Origin: Klebsormidium nitens | Lineage: Eukaryota; Plantae; Klebsormidiophyceae | DNA length: 64,000 nt | NCBI GenBank assembly: GCA_000708835.1 | Contig: DF237390.1 | Location: 12,824-76,823, forward strand | Reading direction: 5' to 3' | Part shown: piece after piece, positions 11,701 through 25,208 of the stretch | Layout: each line of letters opens with the position of its first letter | Position numbering within the stretch: the first letter of the stretch is position 1 | The notes under the pieces: generated by a model | What the model was told of the DNA's origin: nothing | The model's input: only the letters and a program-made list of their open reading frames with translations | The model's database searches: none | Made by a program: the position numbers and the translations under genes

Positions 11701-14406
11701 CAGTGCCAGACAAGCTATTGTTGCTGAGCCGAAGGACCTCAAGTGACGGCAGGCTCTCCAGAATCGACCAGGGGAACGGGCACGTAAGCCCGTATTGGGA
11801 GAAGTCGCTGCAGGAAACGGTGATGTAAATAAGCAGATAGCACCGATTGGTTGACGAGCCCTTTCAATAAAGGAGCGGTGAATTTGTTACGTCTTTCGGC
11901 CTGTCCTACATTTCAATGAGGGCCGATCACAGAGAAAACAAGCCGTCCAATTGTTGCCTCCTGGTCATCCAACGGCCTGAAGTCTTATATTTTCAGTGGA
12001 CGATGCAAATTGCAATTATTCAAGAGGCCAGAAGCTTGACAAAACCTGCAGCTCTAGATGATTGTCCATTGGGACCCGCAATCTGAGTCCAGGAAATGCT
12101 TGTCCCTCTTCAACAACATAACCAACAATTGAAGCGTCACAGTCATCACAAACAAAAGCTGCTCAAAATGTGGGGCTGCAAGAAGTCACCCACGGTTGGC
12201 ACTTTATTGCCCCTACTGTAGTTTACCTTTCCCTTTATTATTGACCGGATGCGTCTAGACAGAAACTCCCCACACAACTGAAACTTGCTTTCCCGTGCTC
12301 GCTTCCACTCGACTCATGCACATTATTCCAAGATCTGTAGTAGGTCACCCTGATTCAGGCTTCCCTTAACACATGAGCTTGCGGTCCAGCGAGCACTCCC
12401 TGATCAATCCGCCGGTTACCTCGACAGAATTTCTGGAGTTTTCACCAGGTTTACCTCACCAGGTTAACCTTGACCGAGGCCACCGTAAGCACGTGCAGAG
12501 AAGTTGAGCCAAACGACTTACGCAACCTCGAGCTGCCCGTCAATCGTGCACTCCCACCCCGGCACCTCGCACAGCTCAGTCGCAATCACGCCCGTGAGAT
12601 CGATCCCCCCCACTGCGAGGAAATTTTCGCACGCGCCTGCCGTTACATTCGCACAGCACGTGGTTAACATGCTCTGAAGAGCTGCCTTCTGAGCGGCCAC
12701 TAGCACGCGGCTCTGAGCGGTGAACGTCACGAGCAGCTGGAACTGCGAGACCCCCTTTGCGTAGCCCTGGACTCCGACCGAGTACGACCCGGTTGAGTAG
12801 AACGGGTCGGAGCGCGGGATGAAGATGGACTCATTCTGAGCTGTGGTCGAGGCCCACCCATTTTGCTGCGGGGTTTGGAAAGGAAATAGGGTTTTGGGGT
12901 TTGGCCAGGACCAAGTTTAGGGTTTGGGACTACGAGGTATTCTCTTCATGGGGCCTTTGATGATGCAAGCACCGCAGGCTTATGCGGTCGGAAGAAGGAA
13001 GATTGTACTTAGCTGGACTTCTGTGGAGGGGAGTGCCCCACATTATGACAACAGTCGTGTTTGTTGTCTGGGGAAGTGAACCTTATATGCACAAGGGAGT
13101 CATGTCAGGCGTCCAAAACTCAAGTGACCAGTTGGGGCGGTGCCCTGTTAACAGAAGGTGCTTCTGTGGCAAACTACGTAGTGTTCTGCTTCAATTCCTC
13201 GACCAAAGTTGTATAAAGCAGCTCTTCTCTTTGGTGAACCGAGGACGTGAAATCCGAACGATGCAGGGATCCCTTCAAGGCAAGGAAAGGCACACCAAAC
13301 TACAGTAGCTCTTTCTATACTTGAATACTTTCAAGGGCAAGGCGCCTTCGTTCTTTCGCCCCAGCTCTTCCGCTCCCTGGCCCCTGAATGTCGGCATACA
13401 CGCCTCCAGATCTTTGCAAAATACAATGTCTCATTTGCCCGTGTACACAAACCGTGTACGATGGGCCACACTACATACTGAGGAGTTTTTCACACGGAAG
13501 CGGATTCGGTAATGTAACTGAGACTCTTAGCGTAGCAAAGCTACAACTTCTTCATCTTTTCCACACATCTCGCCTCTTAGAATACTTAAGCCACGTGGAA
13601 AATCAGCGTGTTTGGAGCATGCTCTTTTGAAAATGATGCTGAATAAAGAATGCTGATGGAGGAAATAACGAACGAAAACAGAAGTGGCTTCGCAAGCTAG
13701 CAAAAGCTGAATCAACTACAGACTTCCTCTAGACAGCAGTTACCAGTTGGCAGCATTGCACACTTTCATGTTATCAAGATCTCAATACCAACTGCAATTA
13801 CCACCTGAACCTCGAAATAGAGTCAGCATTGACACAAGCAGCTGACTAAGTTCGTCGCATCCTTCCACATTTATCGTGAGTTCTTCTCCCACATTCTTTT
13901 GAAGACACTGTAAACAACTGCTTTCGCTGCGCTCTAGAAGCATGACACAAAGCTGAAGATCTCAAGCACGAGCACAGACAACCAGCATCCCTGCCTGAAG
14001 ATCTCCGCAGAAAGCAGCAGAGGTGCAAACAAGGACAAGGTAAACATTTCCTCACCTCAAAGCCGTTGTTTGAGAACGGCGTTGGGTTTTGCGGCTCCAC
14101 GATGTACAAATCCGCGTCCCCCTGGTATTGAATCAACTTGACGCTGATGTCCACTGTCGCGTTAGGGAGCACAAAGTAGAAGAAGCTAAGTGTGTTGAAA
14201 GTGACGTTCTGCACTGTTGATAACACTCCGGGTGTTAACTGCTGCACCTTGGGCAGGGTTAACGCGCCCCCAGAAAGAGTAGCTGGAGGAGCAACAGAGG
14301 CTGGGCCGGGGGCGGCCGCGGGGGCTGTTACGAACTGGCCTGAACAAAGTTGGCAGAGCAAAAGGAGACAAAGAAGGGCAGCAGAGAACCATGCGTGCGG
14401 CTCCAT
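5771..14406 (-). CDS. LRR receptor-like protein: signal peptide, beta-rich N-terminal domain, Cys-rich cap, extracellular LRRs, Pro/Ser/Ala stalk, one TM helix, short tail, no kinase
   Basis: Ten phase-consistent exons: 14406-14056, 12865-12522, 11807-11663, 10781-10683, 9944-9874, 9521-9309, 8802-8677, 8158-7834, 7026-6866, 6161-5771. Plant-type LxxLxLxxNxLxGxIP repeats (e.g. LEASNNFLSGGIP); TM segment GAIVGIVVGILVGVIAVVALAVFAVA followed by RVTRQRR. Confidence 0.88.
7027..7420 (-). repeat. Tandem degenerate copies of the acceptor and start of LRR exon 9
   Basis: cgtgcag|ATCTTCGACGCCAGTTACAACATT (7228) and cgtgcag|ATTTACATTGCCTGTCACAACACCCTTAGCGGCACCATCCCGTCTTTCTTCGAGGCG (7370), plus an acceptor-only partial unit near 7100-7160 (gcgagtcctc..aaccgtggttaacggcg), versus the real exon starting at 7026. 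Confidence 0.9.
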
Positions 14407-15549
14407 TTTGAGCTGCGTGTCTCCCAAAGGAGCTCCTCTTCGACCCTACACACGCAGTCGCCTCAACCTCTGAGGCTCTGGAAAAGGATAATAGCCGCAG
14501 GAAGATGATACCAGTGACCTTTTAGAATTACCACATTTCAATTTTCATGTGGCTGACCAGAACGGTGCGGGGCGACCACCGTTCTTTCCTGCGCGTGCCA
14601 CACCGCGGGCGTGACGCTGCAGGCTGGCTGCAGCCTCAGGAGTCAGGAGTCAAAACTCGGACTTTCAGGAGTCAGGGTTCCCCTTCCTCACTTTATGGCA
14701 ACCATGGCCAGCCAGTTCATTTGTGCACGTGATTTGGCGTCAGGCCACGTAGATTTCGGAGGACCGTCGATTGGAGTTTTGACGTATGTGAAGGGGGAAC
14801 TATTGAGTCCATAATCTACCCCCTGTTGAACTCCATGGGTGTTTGTTTAAGCGGGAGGACTCTGCGTCGATCGCAACCGTTGAATCACATTGTGAAGTCA
14901 TCTGACGTACGGCGGTAAGGCCCCTTACTCGTTTTGAATTGTGCAGCCCGCATATGCCGCCTACTCATCGACATCGACCAGTACTACAATTTAAAGCAAT
15001 CGGCCGCTATACCGTATGCAGTACGTGCCCAGTTGTATGATGGTCCCCTCGGTTTCATATTACGCCGTGGCCCGTACTAGGCAGTGGAGCAGTGCAGCCA
15101 TAATAGGTTAAAAAGTCTTCTCCATTGGCATACAGTTTCGCATTTTGTATTCCCAGATCCGATCGACGTCTCAAGTTCTGTGCGCGAGCACCCTGCTATC
15201 AATGATACCTTGGCGGAAATTGTCCTACCAGTAATAGCCTCATTAGGATACATCATGCACGTTACCAATGTGCTTCGTTGACAGCAAGGACTCAACAAAA
15301 CGCGGAAAGGTCAAGGTAAACGGATTTCGAACATGCGGAGGCCAGGCTGTGGGCGCAGATCGCACTGCCTTTCAATCTATCAGCCACTTGACCGTGCATT
15401 ACCCGTTACAGATTATCGTATTGTCGTCCGACAAGTTCAGTGTGACTCACTGTCCTGGTTGTGATAACAAGACGGTCGAGGATCGTCATTCCTGCTACGT
15501 TACATGAAAATTCTTTACACACCCTGTACACATAGCTGGACCCGCTCCA

Positions 15550-18500
15550 TCACCTATTTTCAAAGCGGGCCTTTCGCTTCTCCAGGAATGCAGACATGCC
15601 CTCTTTCTGGTCGTACAATCCAAAGCACGCGCTGAAGAAAAGGTTTTCTTTCTTGACCCCTTCGGAGAGCCCTAAGTCATTAGCGCTGTTCACAGCTTCC
15701 TTGGCCATAGCCACCACGGGGCCTGATAACCTGCACGATTTATAAGATTGGCTTCATGAACGAGCAGCATCTGCGCGGGCTTGCTCAAAGCATCGACATG
15801 CCCGCCTGACCCTTCGAATTCATTGTTCCGGCATCATAACGGGGACCCTCTCCGCGTTTGTCTCGTCAGGCTTTTTAATTTTGTTCATCCACCGTCCTCA
15901 ACTTTCCGTTCGACATTTTGCCGAATGCCGGAAAACTTGAGCGGTCAAGTCTGACATTCATGTAGAGGAACAGACATTTGCGCTTCTGGCTTGCCGCAAA
16001 ACTTATAGCTATATAAGACATCCGAAGCGTAACAGATGAAACAAAACGAGCAAATGCAAGGCCGACCCAAAGTGTTGGCTATCAAAACCCGTACACATAT
16101 CTAGTTTGCTGAGAAGCACTGTCGTTGTACAATTCTTGTCGAGCGAGCACATCCGCAAGCCCCCAGGTGCAAATTTTAGCACAAGTAAGAAATGTAAACG
16201 CTCATACTGACGATCTCCATCAACTTCCCATTGAATTTCACAACAGAAGACGGAAGTCAACGTAAATCAGATGCAGCCTTTCACTTCGCTCAAGGGGGGC
16301 ATGCAAAAGGTCTCGTAACTCAATACAAACGGACGCGAAATTTTGCTGCAACGAATATAAATAGCATATACCATCTTGAACAAGAGTCACAAGAGTCACA
16401 GGTTCAGATCGGCCAGTCTGCGAGACAGACGTAAAAGAAGTTCCTCGCAGCCTCTCACCTCGCAATCTGCTTCGCAAGATCGATGGCCGCCTCAATCAGC
16501 TTTTCGGGGCCCCCCGTGATAACCCGGCTGGCGAGCCCCCGCGACACGGCCTCCTCGGCATCGATAAAGTGCGCCCCGGACAGGATCATTTCCATGGCCC
16601 GGGACTTGCCCACCGCCCTGCACGACTCAACCCGGGGCCGCTTAAAAAATTGCGGGATTCCTCAGACGCACTTATGGAAACCAAACCCCACCAGTCGTTC
16701 CTCGGCGTCAATCAAGTGCGCCCCGGACGGGACTCGCTTAGGGCCCTTGGATCAGCGAACTCAAGGATGATGAAGTTTGGGAACTCGAATCTGCTACCGA
16801 ATCTGCTGTAAAAAACGTTGGAGAAACGTCTGAACGTCCTTCAAACTGGCCGTCACTCACTGACTGACAAATCGGAAATGTAAAAAGCTTCGAGATGAGC
16901 CCGAGACTTGCCCAAGGCAGTTCGGAAGATTCGAAAATGACAGAGAGGCACCGATGCCAAGATTCGTTTTAAGGATGTTGCAGCCGAGGTTGAGAGTAGT
17001 ACGGAGTCCCTTGAACAGCGCATGACTGGACGAGGCTTTCACGAACGACATGTAAAAGCAAAGAAGGCATCAAGTAGTGCGAGGGGCATCGATTTCTCGA
17101 AATGGGCCTCAGAAACTTGTTCTGTAGTAGCGGAACATAGAGAACGATATTTGCTTCAAGTAAAAAACTACGTGCCGCATCACCCCTGACCTGATGAGCC
17201 TCTGCGTGCCCCCCATCCCGGGGATAACTCCCAGGTTCGTCTCCGGCTGCCCAAACACCGCGTTCTCCCCAGCCAGGATGATGTCACACATCATCGCAAG
17301 CTCGCAGCCCCCGCCGAGCGCGTATCCATTGACCGCAGCGATGATTGGGGTCCGGCATTCGGACGTTGCTCTCTCGTACCCGGACAGAAGGCGTCCGAGA
17401 TACGCAGTCACAAACTCTTGGTCCCGCATCTCCTTGATGTCGGCGCCCGCGGCAAAGGCCTTCTTGCCGGAACCGGTCAAAATGATGGCCTGGAGAACAG
17501 GGAGGGAGATGTGTGGGTGTGTTTAACATTTATGTGTCTCGTAAGAAAGTTCTACAAAGGAAGAAAGAGTTGGTGTAAGCGAACAAGAAGCGCGGCGCGC
17601 CAGGACAATGACGGGCTGAGATAAACGCATGGAAAAGAAGAAGCTCAAGATTGTAGTTCAAAAACTGGGCTTCGTTTAGAAGCTACCTACTTTGGTTGCC
17701 TGTGGAGAAGAGGGAGAAATCTCAAGATGCAGGTTAGTGCTTTGCGCTTCAAAACGAAAAATAAGAAAATTCAGAGAAAACTTGCAAGGGGCCCCTTTGT
17801 TTAGCAGGTAAGCATGATCACTTGAGGAAAATCATATACATAAAAGCTAGAGCACAGGGTTCGCTGAGCTGGTTTCGAGCAGGCCTTCTTTAGCCAGAAA
17901 TGTTGCCTGCGAGTGGAAGAGGAGAAAGTAGAAACAATGTGATGAAGAGGAGAGCGTTGCATAATTACTTTCTTTCTGGGTTGTCCACTCTTTGAGGAAC
18001 ACAGTACTCAGCAATCTCTCCTGCTGTGAAAGGCAAGTATAGATTATTCCGAGAAGGGCTTTCTTGCAAGTGACGGTCACCATGATGGCCTCAAGAGAAG
18101 GCAGCAGATTCCAGTCGAAGGGAGTCTTGAAGACAATTGACCCTCACCAAAGGCAATGGTTTTTGATCAGCGAGTCTTCTCAAAGGTACTCTACACTATG
18201 GGCAAGTGCTCAAGGTAAGTCCTTTTGCTAATATGGACCCAGATCAGTGGGTGAAGTATCAATTTAAAGGCAAGAGGCCTTTTAGCCAGCGTCAATCCGC
18301 TCATTGCTGGCGGTGTCGACGAAACAAGGATTAATTTAGGCATGAAGCAGGAGAACATTGGCGAGGAAGTATTTGGAAAAGCAAGCCCTTGGGGCCGCGG
18401 ACACACAAAAGGGCAACAAGGAGAGAATGTTTCGAGGAAGTCAGTCTCCTCTCCCTGTGGGCCAATCACTGTGCATACCTTAACCCTGGGGTCTGCGTCA

Positions 18501-19156
18501 AGCTCCTGAAGCACATCCGCCAGCTCATCCATCACTTGGGTGGACAGCGCATTGAGCACTTCCGGCCGGTTGATTGTGATGATGCCCACCCTGCCGTCGT
18601 CGACGATTTCAGCGAGGATTGTTTCATACAAGTTGCTGACATCATCGACTTCACGATCCCAGAACTCGCCATCGTCCCCTCCTTCAGCATCCTCTGCCTC
18701 AGTCTGATCAGTGTCAGATGGAAGTCTGCCTGTGCTGAAAAGCCGGGGGCTGCGAATGGGATAGAAGGTGCTCGATGAGCCCCGAAAGAGGGCCTGATTG
18801 GGAGCTGATTGCAGCCACATTGGGGACGCCGCATGGATTGCAGAGTTGGGGAAAAGGCCGGTGCTGTTTGGAAGGTGGTGCGAAAGCGGCTCAGCTGTTG
18901 ATGCCACCCCACTAGAGTTTCTTGAAAAGCTGTTCAAAGTTGTGCTGGTTGTGACTGCATTGGGAGCCTCTACTAAGCCTGCGGAAGACCATTGAGACCC
19001 AACAAATGCGCAATCTACAGTTGGTGTGACTTGCTTGGTTAGAAGCGAGGCCCCTTCTACATTGGTCCCGCCCAAGCAACGAGCATCGAAGCCCTGCTTA
19101 TGCAACAGCTTGCATGCCACATCGTGTGCTGTCCTCAACAGCCGTGTTCGGCCCAT
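15550..19156 (-). CDS. Enoyl-CoA hydratase (crotonase family, ECHS1-like), with a long N-terminal extension, probably organellar
   Basis: Exons 19156-18479, 17489-17191, 16617-16459, 15730-15550. Motifs [80 protein letters not shown]. Confidence 0.93.
16695..16760 (-). repeat. Intronic partial copy of enoyl-CoA hydratase exon 3
   Basis: gtcccgtccggggcgcacttgattgacgccgagga versus the real atcctgtccggggcgcactttatcgatgccgagga, about 150 nt downstream in transcription. Confidence 0.85.
18045..18110 (-). repeat. Intronic copy of the start of enoyl-CoA hydratase exon 2
   Basis: cttctcttgag|GCCATCATGGTGACCGTCACTTGCAAGAAAGCCCTT (18089) versus the real gttctccag|GCCATCATTTTGACCGGTTCCGGCAAGAAGGCCTTT (17489). 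Confidence 0.8.
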
Positions 19157-19373
19157 CCTGCTCAGGAAGCCGCTCCGCTTTGACTCTTATCAGCGGCTTG
19201 CAATCAATTGAGGCATACAAAGTGGATAGGCTGCAATGCACCCCAGATAGGACGCAGATACTTAGCGCACGAATTTTAGTTCTTCAGAGCTTTCGAGCTG
19301 AATTTGCTTCATCTTCAAGCAATTGTGCTATGCATTCAACTTCAAAATGTGCGTCCTTCACGTTGATTCTAAA

Positions 19374-19432
19374 AAACCCTAATTCAAGAGGTTCTGCCTG
19401 GGGTTCTGCCTGGGGTTCTGCCTGGGTTCTGC
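19374..19432. promoter_or_regulatory. Telo-box (AAACCCTAA) followed by a 12-bp tandem repeat (GGTTCTGCCTGG, about 3.5 units) in the divergent ECH/MAPEG promoter
   Basis: AAACCCTAA at 19374-19382 and the repeat at 19390-19432 are visible directly. The regulatory role is inferred from plant telo-box precedent. Confidence 0.4.
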
Positions 19433-19579
19433 ATGCATGCTTTGCAGCAAACTTACAATTTGCATTCGATCGAGTTGAACTTGAACTTTGAAGAGAGCTC
19501 GGAGCTGGTGTTCCATTTGTGAACCTGTTGTGAAGTTTATTCAGCAGGTTGCACATTCTAGGAGCTGCATTCAGACGTC

Positions 19580-22500
19580 ATGGCTGCCGCTTGCATCAAA
19601 ACCAGTCTCTCTGCATCCCAGCTGACTGCCCCTGCAAATTCATCTTTTGATCGAAATGGCAGCAGTGCTCCCCAACCGATCACATTCCTCCAAGCTAGAA
19701 GCGCGGTGCCTAGCTGCAGGCAATTGTGCTCTGCAAACAAGAGGCCAGCAGGCCTTGGGCTAGGCGCAATCGGAGGTCTGCGTTCAGATCCCTCTGAACT
19801 AAACAGATTCAGACCCCTCCAAAGAAGGTAAGTGAGCTCTGTTGTAAGATTATCCTCGCTGAAGAAACTTGATTGAAGATCAGCTTGGTGGTCCATCTCA
19901 GCTTAGATCAGTCAGAAGTCACAAGGTCGGAATTGGCTTAGTGTTCCCCAGTTTCTCTTCTCATTGAATTGTCTAAAAGTGCAATATACTCTACTAATAA
20001 GAAAGTGATGGGAGGGGTATTACCTGATCCATGAAAGTGGTGGTACCTAGTTTGGCTTCTCTTAATGCTGGCCAAAGAACCTGGATCAGATGGTCCTCAG
20101 TTACTGATGAAACCGGCTCCAATCGTCCTGGCTGTTTGAAAAGCTTGTAAGGGGGTATTAACAGCAAGCGGCTGGAAAGTGCTTCCAAATCATCGCAGAT
20201 ACCGCCATATCAAGTGTACCATCTACTTGCCCTGAAAGACAATTCCATCTAGGCAAGAAAGCTCGTTACGAAGCGCACTTTAGGTGCCCAGTTGTTAGCG
20301 AAGCTGGGTACAGTTTCTAAGGAAAGAGTCCCCAAACACAAAGCTCTTCCTGGCAATATCCTGGCGATGCTGTTACTTTATGGGCATTCATGACATGGCA
20401 GAGTTTCGATTTTGATGATCTTTGTAATTTTCTAATCCGAGAGAATCACCTTAGCTCGCATGCAAAGAAGAAAACGCCGTTTGGAGCCAAGTTGATGAGA
20501 GTCTTTGAAAGACCATGTTTTAGGTTCTAGAAGCTATGTTGGTCAGGTCGTAACAGGCTTTCTACCAGACAGACCAAGTTTATGATTTCTAAAGAAGTCA
20601 GTATGACAGCGAGTGACAAGACTGGAAAGGAGAGTCGTGGTCTTAGCTCCCCAAACCTTCTGCCCGCAGGTGCAGGCCCGTCTCAGCGGCGCGCGTCACA
20701 GCGGCCATTCCTTTCCTTCCACCAGCTTTCGGATATGGTAAGATCTGTGAGACTTAGTGATATGCCTTGGAACATTGATATATACTACGTTAAGACGAGA
20801 TCAACCTGGATTGTACAGAGACAACCCCTCTGAAGCTGAAAAAAGCTCCAGCCACATCCACTTTTGTTTGATCCCTCCTTTGTTGCCCGATTAGTTGCAA
20901 TCAACCATTCTTCTGAGGCAGTCTATCTCCGATATTATGATGAGATGTTTCCCTGATGAAGCCCGTTGCTCAAAGCATGGTCAGCTCGACTGAGTTCCGT
21001 TCCCTTTTGCAGTGGCGTTGACGGCCGCAGCCAGCTTGATGCTTGTGCAGTGGCAAATGTTCCAGGTTTGCTTTCGCTCTCTTTCTTTACAAAGCCGTCT
21101 CCTTTCTTAACCTCTCGATGTTTTTTGAGCTCCGTGTCCACCTTCGGAGAGTCAGATATGGAGATATGATCAGACTCGCTGTTTTCGGGCCCAGCTTTAA
21201 CTTTCTGGGGGACTCATTTCAAACGGCTTGACAAGCGAGCCCCGCGTCCAAGACTTCAGTGGCAGCAACCGTACATCAATCGTATGCCATAAGATGGTCA
21301 GACGCTTCCAACTCTTCCAACTCTGAACCTCACTTTGAACTTGACAGAGAGTCAGATTTTGTTGGGCGAAGAGCAAGACAGCCATGTTTTGGCCATCTGC
21401 TTTTAGCAACGCTCTTCTGAACCCGGAGCCCCTGATAAAAAACCCACTGATACTTGTGTTGCAGGTGGCGCAGCAAAGGAGGAAGTCGGGGGTTGTTTAT
21501 CCTGCGGTGAGTTAGTCGTCCCACCACTGATCGACCTACTTTGAGGCGATTTGAAGTACTACTGTCTACTCCGTTAAGTCTACGAAGAACTTCAAGAGTT
21601 GGCAGATTGGTAGAGAATAGAGCTCCTTGGAGGAGCAAGCGACTTTCCGTTTGCATCGTCCGTTTGGACTGTGTATCTCTTCATGGCCATCATCGAAGTG
21701 ACGACTCACTTCTCCTCATGAACGAGACTTGGACCCTTTCAAGATCGACGGCGCAGAGCAAACGTTATCAGGCTCCTTCAATTATCTATCGTCGAAGCCG
21801 AAGCAATCCTTCTTTGGTGCAGATCTACGAGGACAAAGAGGACTCTGTCTTCAACTGCTACCAGCGCGCTCATCAAAACACCCTAGAGTCGTATCCGGCT
21901 TTCCTGGCCTTCCTACTCCTCTCTGGGTCCGCATACCCGATCACGGCCAGCGTGTAAGTCTGTCTACGAGACCCGGTCTCGGTTCTGTCGCCAAAATACG
22001 TCTCCTTGTCGGCCACGTGGTCTGTTCGTAAGGTCGTTAGATGCTTTCTAGAAGTGACGAAGTGACGAAGTGCGGCGGGTAGCCAAAAGTCTCACCTTCG
22101 GTTCAAGAAGACTTGCAATGAACATTGCTTGAAAAATGTTAAGAGTCACGTTAGAAAACCAACTGACTGACACTGCCTCCGTTGAAGAATCCTCTCCTTA
22201 TGACGGTCTCCGTTCTAATCAAGTGCTCACACAAAGTTAAGCTCTTTTCTCGGCACCTCTGATGCCATCCATTGAAGCCGCATGTAGGTCTTTTCCAACG
22301 GAGTGACGGGCCAAAAAGAGTCTTGCTGCTTGAAAGACTTCTATATCTGAGGCCTTTGGCATTATGCTGCCCGCTTTTGAGATTGATGGATTGAACTTGC
22401 GAACGCTCGTCCAGACGATGGTTGGCTTCTGTCTACTCTCTGGCGGTCGTCGAAGTCCTCCTTCTGCTGATGACTTGGTCTTTAATTGAACTGCAGGCTT

Positions 22501-23193
22501 GGAGCTGTTTGGATTATTGGTCGCCTGTTCTACTCACTAGGGTGAGCCAAAAATACATGTCGCATGTCTTTGCTTCGGCTGTGCTTGCTATGCAGCGCTT
22601 GTTCTTTTGTTCGTCCGATCTCAATAGACTTCACGGGTCGATGGAGATTGAGGCGATAGTGCGTCTTTTTTTGGTGTGTTCCTAGTTTGCTAATAGCAAA
22701 AGTCGAACCGATGGTCCCGAGTGTGTTGTGGAATCCTCATCATCGCTTAGATCGTCTCAAGGCTCGGCACCAGCAAGCTTTTGTCTCAAGTCGTCGAGTG
22801 TTTGCCATACGTACTTTACAATAGAGACTGGTGCCCCTCGAGCCACAGAAAGATATGGGGTATGCCGGTGAGCCGTTTGGCTCGTAACGCGGATTAAGAG
22901 CTTCCATCGCGTGTAGCTGCCGCCACATTCTGCATAATTGAATGTGCGGGTCAGACCGCGACTAATCTGGTATACGTGAAAGAGCATATGCGACGGCCAT
23001 ACCCAGGAGATGGATTCTCTTAAGGCGTTCTCTTGTAGTACCAGCGTTGAAAGCTTGCTCGCGTTTTTGCAGGTACTATACGGGCAACCCCAACAATCGT
23101 CACAGGGGTTCGTTCCATTGGTTTGCATTCTGGGGTCTTGGCATCGCGTCAATAGTGCTTGGGGTAAAGCAGCTCAGATATCTTCCTGCATAA
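19580..23193 (+). CDS. MAPEG family microsomal glutathione S-transferase 3-like protein with an N-terminal transit-peptide-like extension
   Basis: Seven phase-consistent exons: 19580-19827, 20670-20737, 21013-21065, 21465-21506, 21823-21953, 22497-22541, 23073-23193. Translation includes PPAFGYVALTAAASL..VVYPAIY..FNCYQRAHQNTLESYPAF..GAVWIIGRLFYSLGYYTGNPNNRHRG. Confidence 0.92.
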
Positions 23194-25208
23194 GAGAAGT
23201 CACCGAGCAGCAGATTCTCCTTGAGACAACATATTCAATACATCCGGTTGCTGTCTGTGATAACAAGCTTTTTGGGACAAGGTTTGACTTCATGCCCAAT
23301 ATGCGGGCACGCACTAGGGAACAAATAATCGACGAGACTGATCTTTGATCAATGCGGCCTACGAGCGTTTACGGGGAGACATGACTCCGGCCTAGCTCGT
23401 GAAGTTTGCCGGTCCATGTCTGCTGAATGTGGCCGATAGTCAATCAAGAACGCGCTCGGCTCGGCCAGCAGGGCATGCCAGTCGGGCTTCCGACAGTTAA
23501 TAAATTTGGACGAGCTGATTCCATTGATTGACACAATGTAGCTATGGTTTGAGAATCAAGTAGCAGTCATGGATGCTTGGCACATGCATTTATTACTCAT
23601 GTGCCGTAAATCGAGGGTCACATGCACCAGGCGGATTAAAGCACTTTTAGTCCCCTAAATGATCGTCATTGCACATGGCCATCGCTGTGGCATCAAGATC
23701 AAGCATCTACTTGTGTGATGCTCTGCGCCAGGCTGACGGTGATCGGTCCATGCCGGGCCCGGCCGCGGCGACAGTATGTGACATCACATGTTTGCAAGTG
23801 ACACTGAGGCAGCCGGCGATCTGCCTTGAATGCATTGTACCAGGTCACATGCAAATGCAACCATACGACGGTAAGTTGTGATTTATGATATAAACGCAGA
23901 TAATATAATTAAACCGCGCTGTGCTTGTAGACCCGTAAGATTGTCACATGAGTCGTCACATGCCAGTACCTATACAGTCAGCTGAAGGGGGGCAAGTGGC
24001 TGATGAATCGAATCATGAACATGAGTCATACATCAAAAAATGGAAACCCAAACTGTGAATGTGCTATGGTAGAAAATCGCACCCAGAGGGGCCCAACATT
24101 GAGCACATGGACCAACCGAATGTCCCTCACATGGGCCATTGGCGGCTGCAGACCATTCGCGCAGCATATGGAGTTTGACTACTCTTGTGTCTTCAGCTCC
24201 TCAGTTAAATATAGTCCCAAGAAGACATTTTCAAGTCAAGCGCTATGGAAGAATCTCTTGCTACTGGCGACTGAAGAGAGGCTAGCCTGCAATACTGGCT
24301 AAAAATCTCTTGCTACTGGCCTCAGAATCACCATCAGCAAAACGTAAGAAATTACCAGCTGATACAGACCCTCGACGAAGCTGTCAAGCTTGAAATGCTC
24401 CAGAATTGCTCAAAATCAGGGCTAAGGATGCGACGCTATGGGCAGTTCTCTACAACGAGACTCCTTTCCAGCCGCTTATGGCAGTAGGCATCGCAACTCT
24501 TGCCTCTTGACTCTGAAGCTTAGGCTCTTGTTTGCATCTTGATTGTGTCCACTACATGTATTTTAACCGTTCTAAAATTATAAGGACAAGAAGGATTTCA
24601 ACGCACTTTCAACATAGGGGGCTGGCAGGGGCGCCCATCCCGCGCAAGCTTTAGAGGCCAGCTGAAGCATGTGCAAAAATTCGAGGCAGCACGTGAAGTT
24701 CAAAACAGCAGGCAACCCGCAGACCTTCAGTGACAGAAGCAAGCGAAAGAAAATTTGAGGCATTGTTGATCGATACGTTACATGGCAATGTCACATCCTG
24801 TTCAGCACTTACTCGAAACGATCAAAGTCTAGTGCTAAAATGGGTCAGAGGTGACTGAACGATGTTGAGCCAGCCCTTCGATATCCAAACACTCAACTCA
24901 TCACACCATCTAATTGTTTTGATCGACTCGATTGGAAAGTATGCCTAAACCTCTATTGGTCGCACGCAGGTATGAGTTGACGGAATAATGAGCACGAGCA
25001 CGATAGTTTACCACCAAAGGCAGCACTCCAATGAATTTGTTCTCCGCATGTCCCACGCAAGATTCCTGAAGTAAGGCAGTCGAAGAATAGTGCCAGGAAA
25101 AGACAAGGCACGAAAAGCAAGGAGCTAGTCAAAGCGTGCTGTAAAGTGGGGTCACCGGAAAGTGGTTTTCTTTCATACAAGAACACTCCAGGCGAGTCAA
25201 GCAGCAGT

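Noticed and set aside
24252-24320. 17-bp direct repeat aatctcttgctactggc
   Set aside because: It looks like an isolated local duplication, with no element between the copies and no terminal repeats.
23200-25100. Transposon remnant in the long intergenic region (also 62710-64000)
   Set aside because: No transposase, RT or integrase motifs, terminal repeats or second copy were visible within the window.
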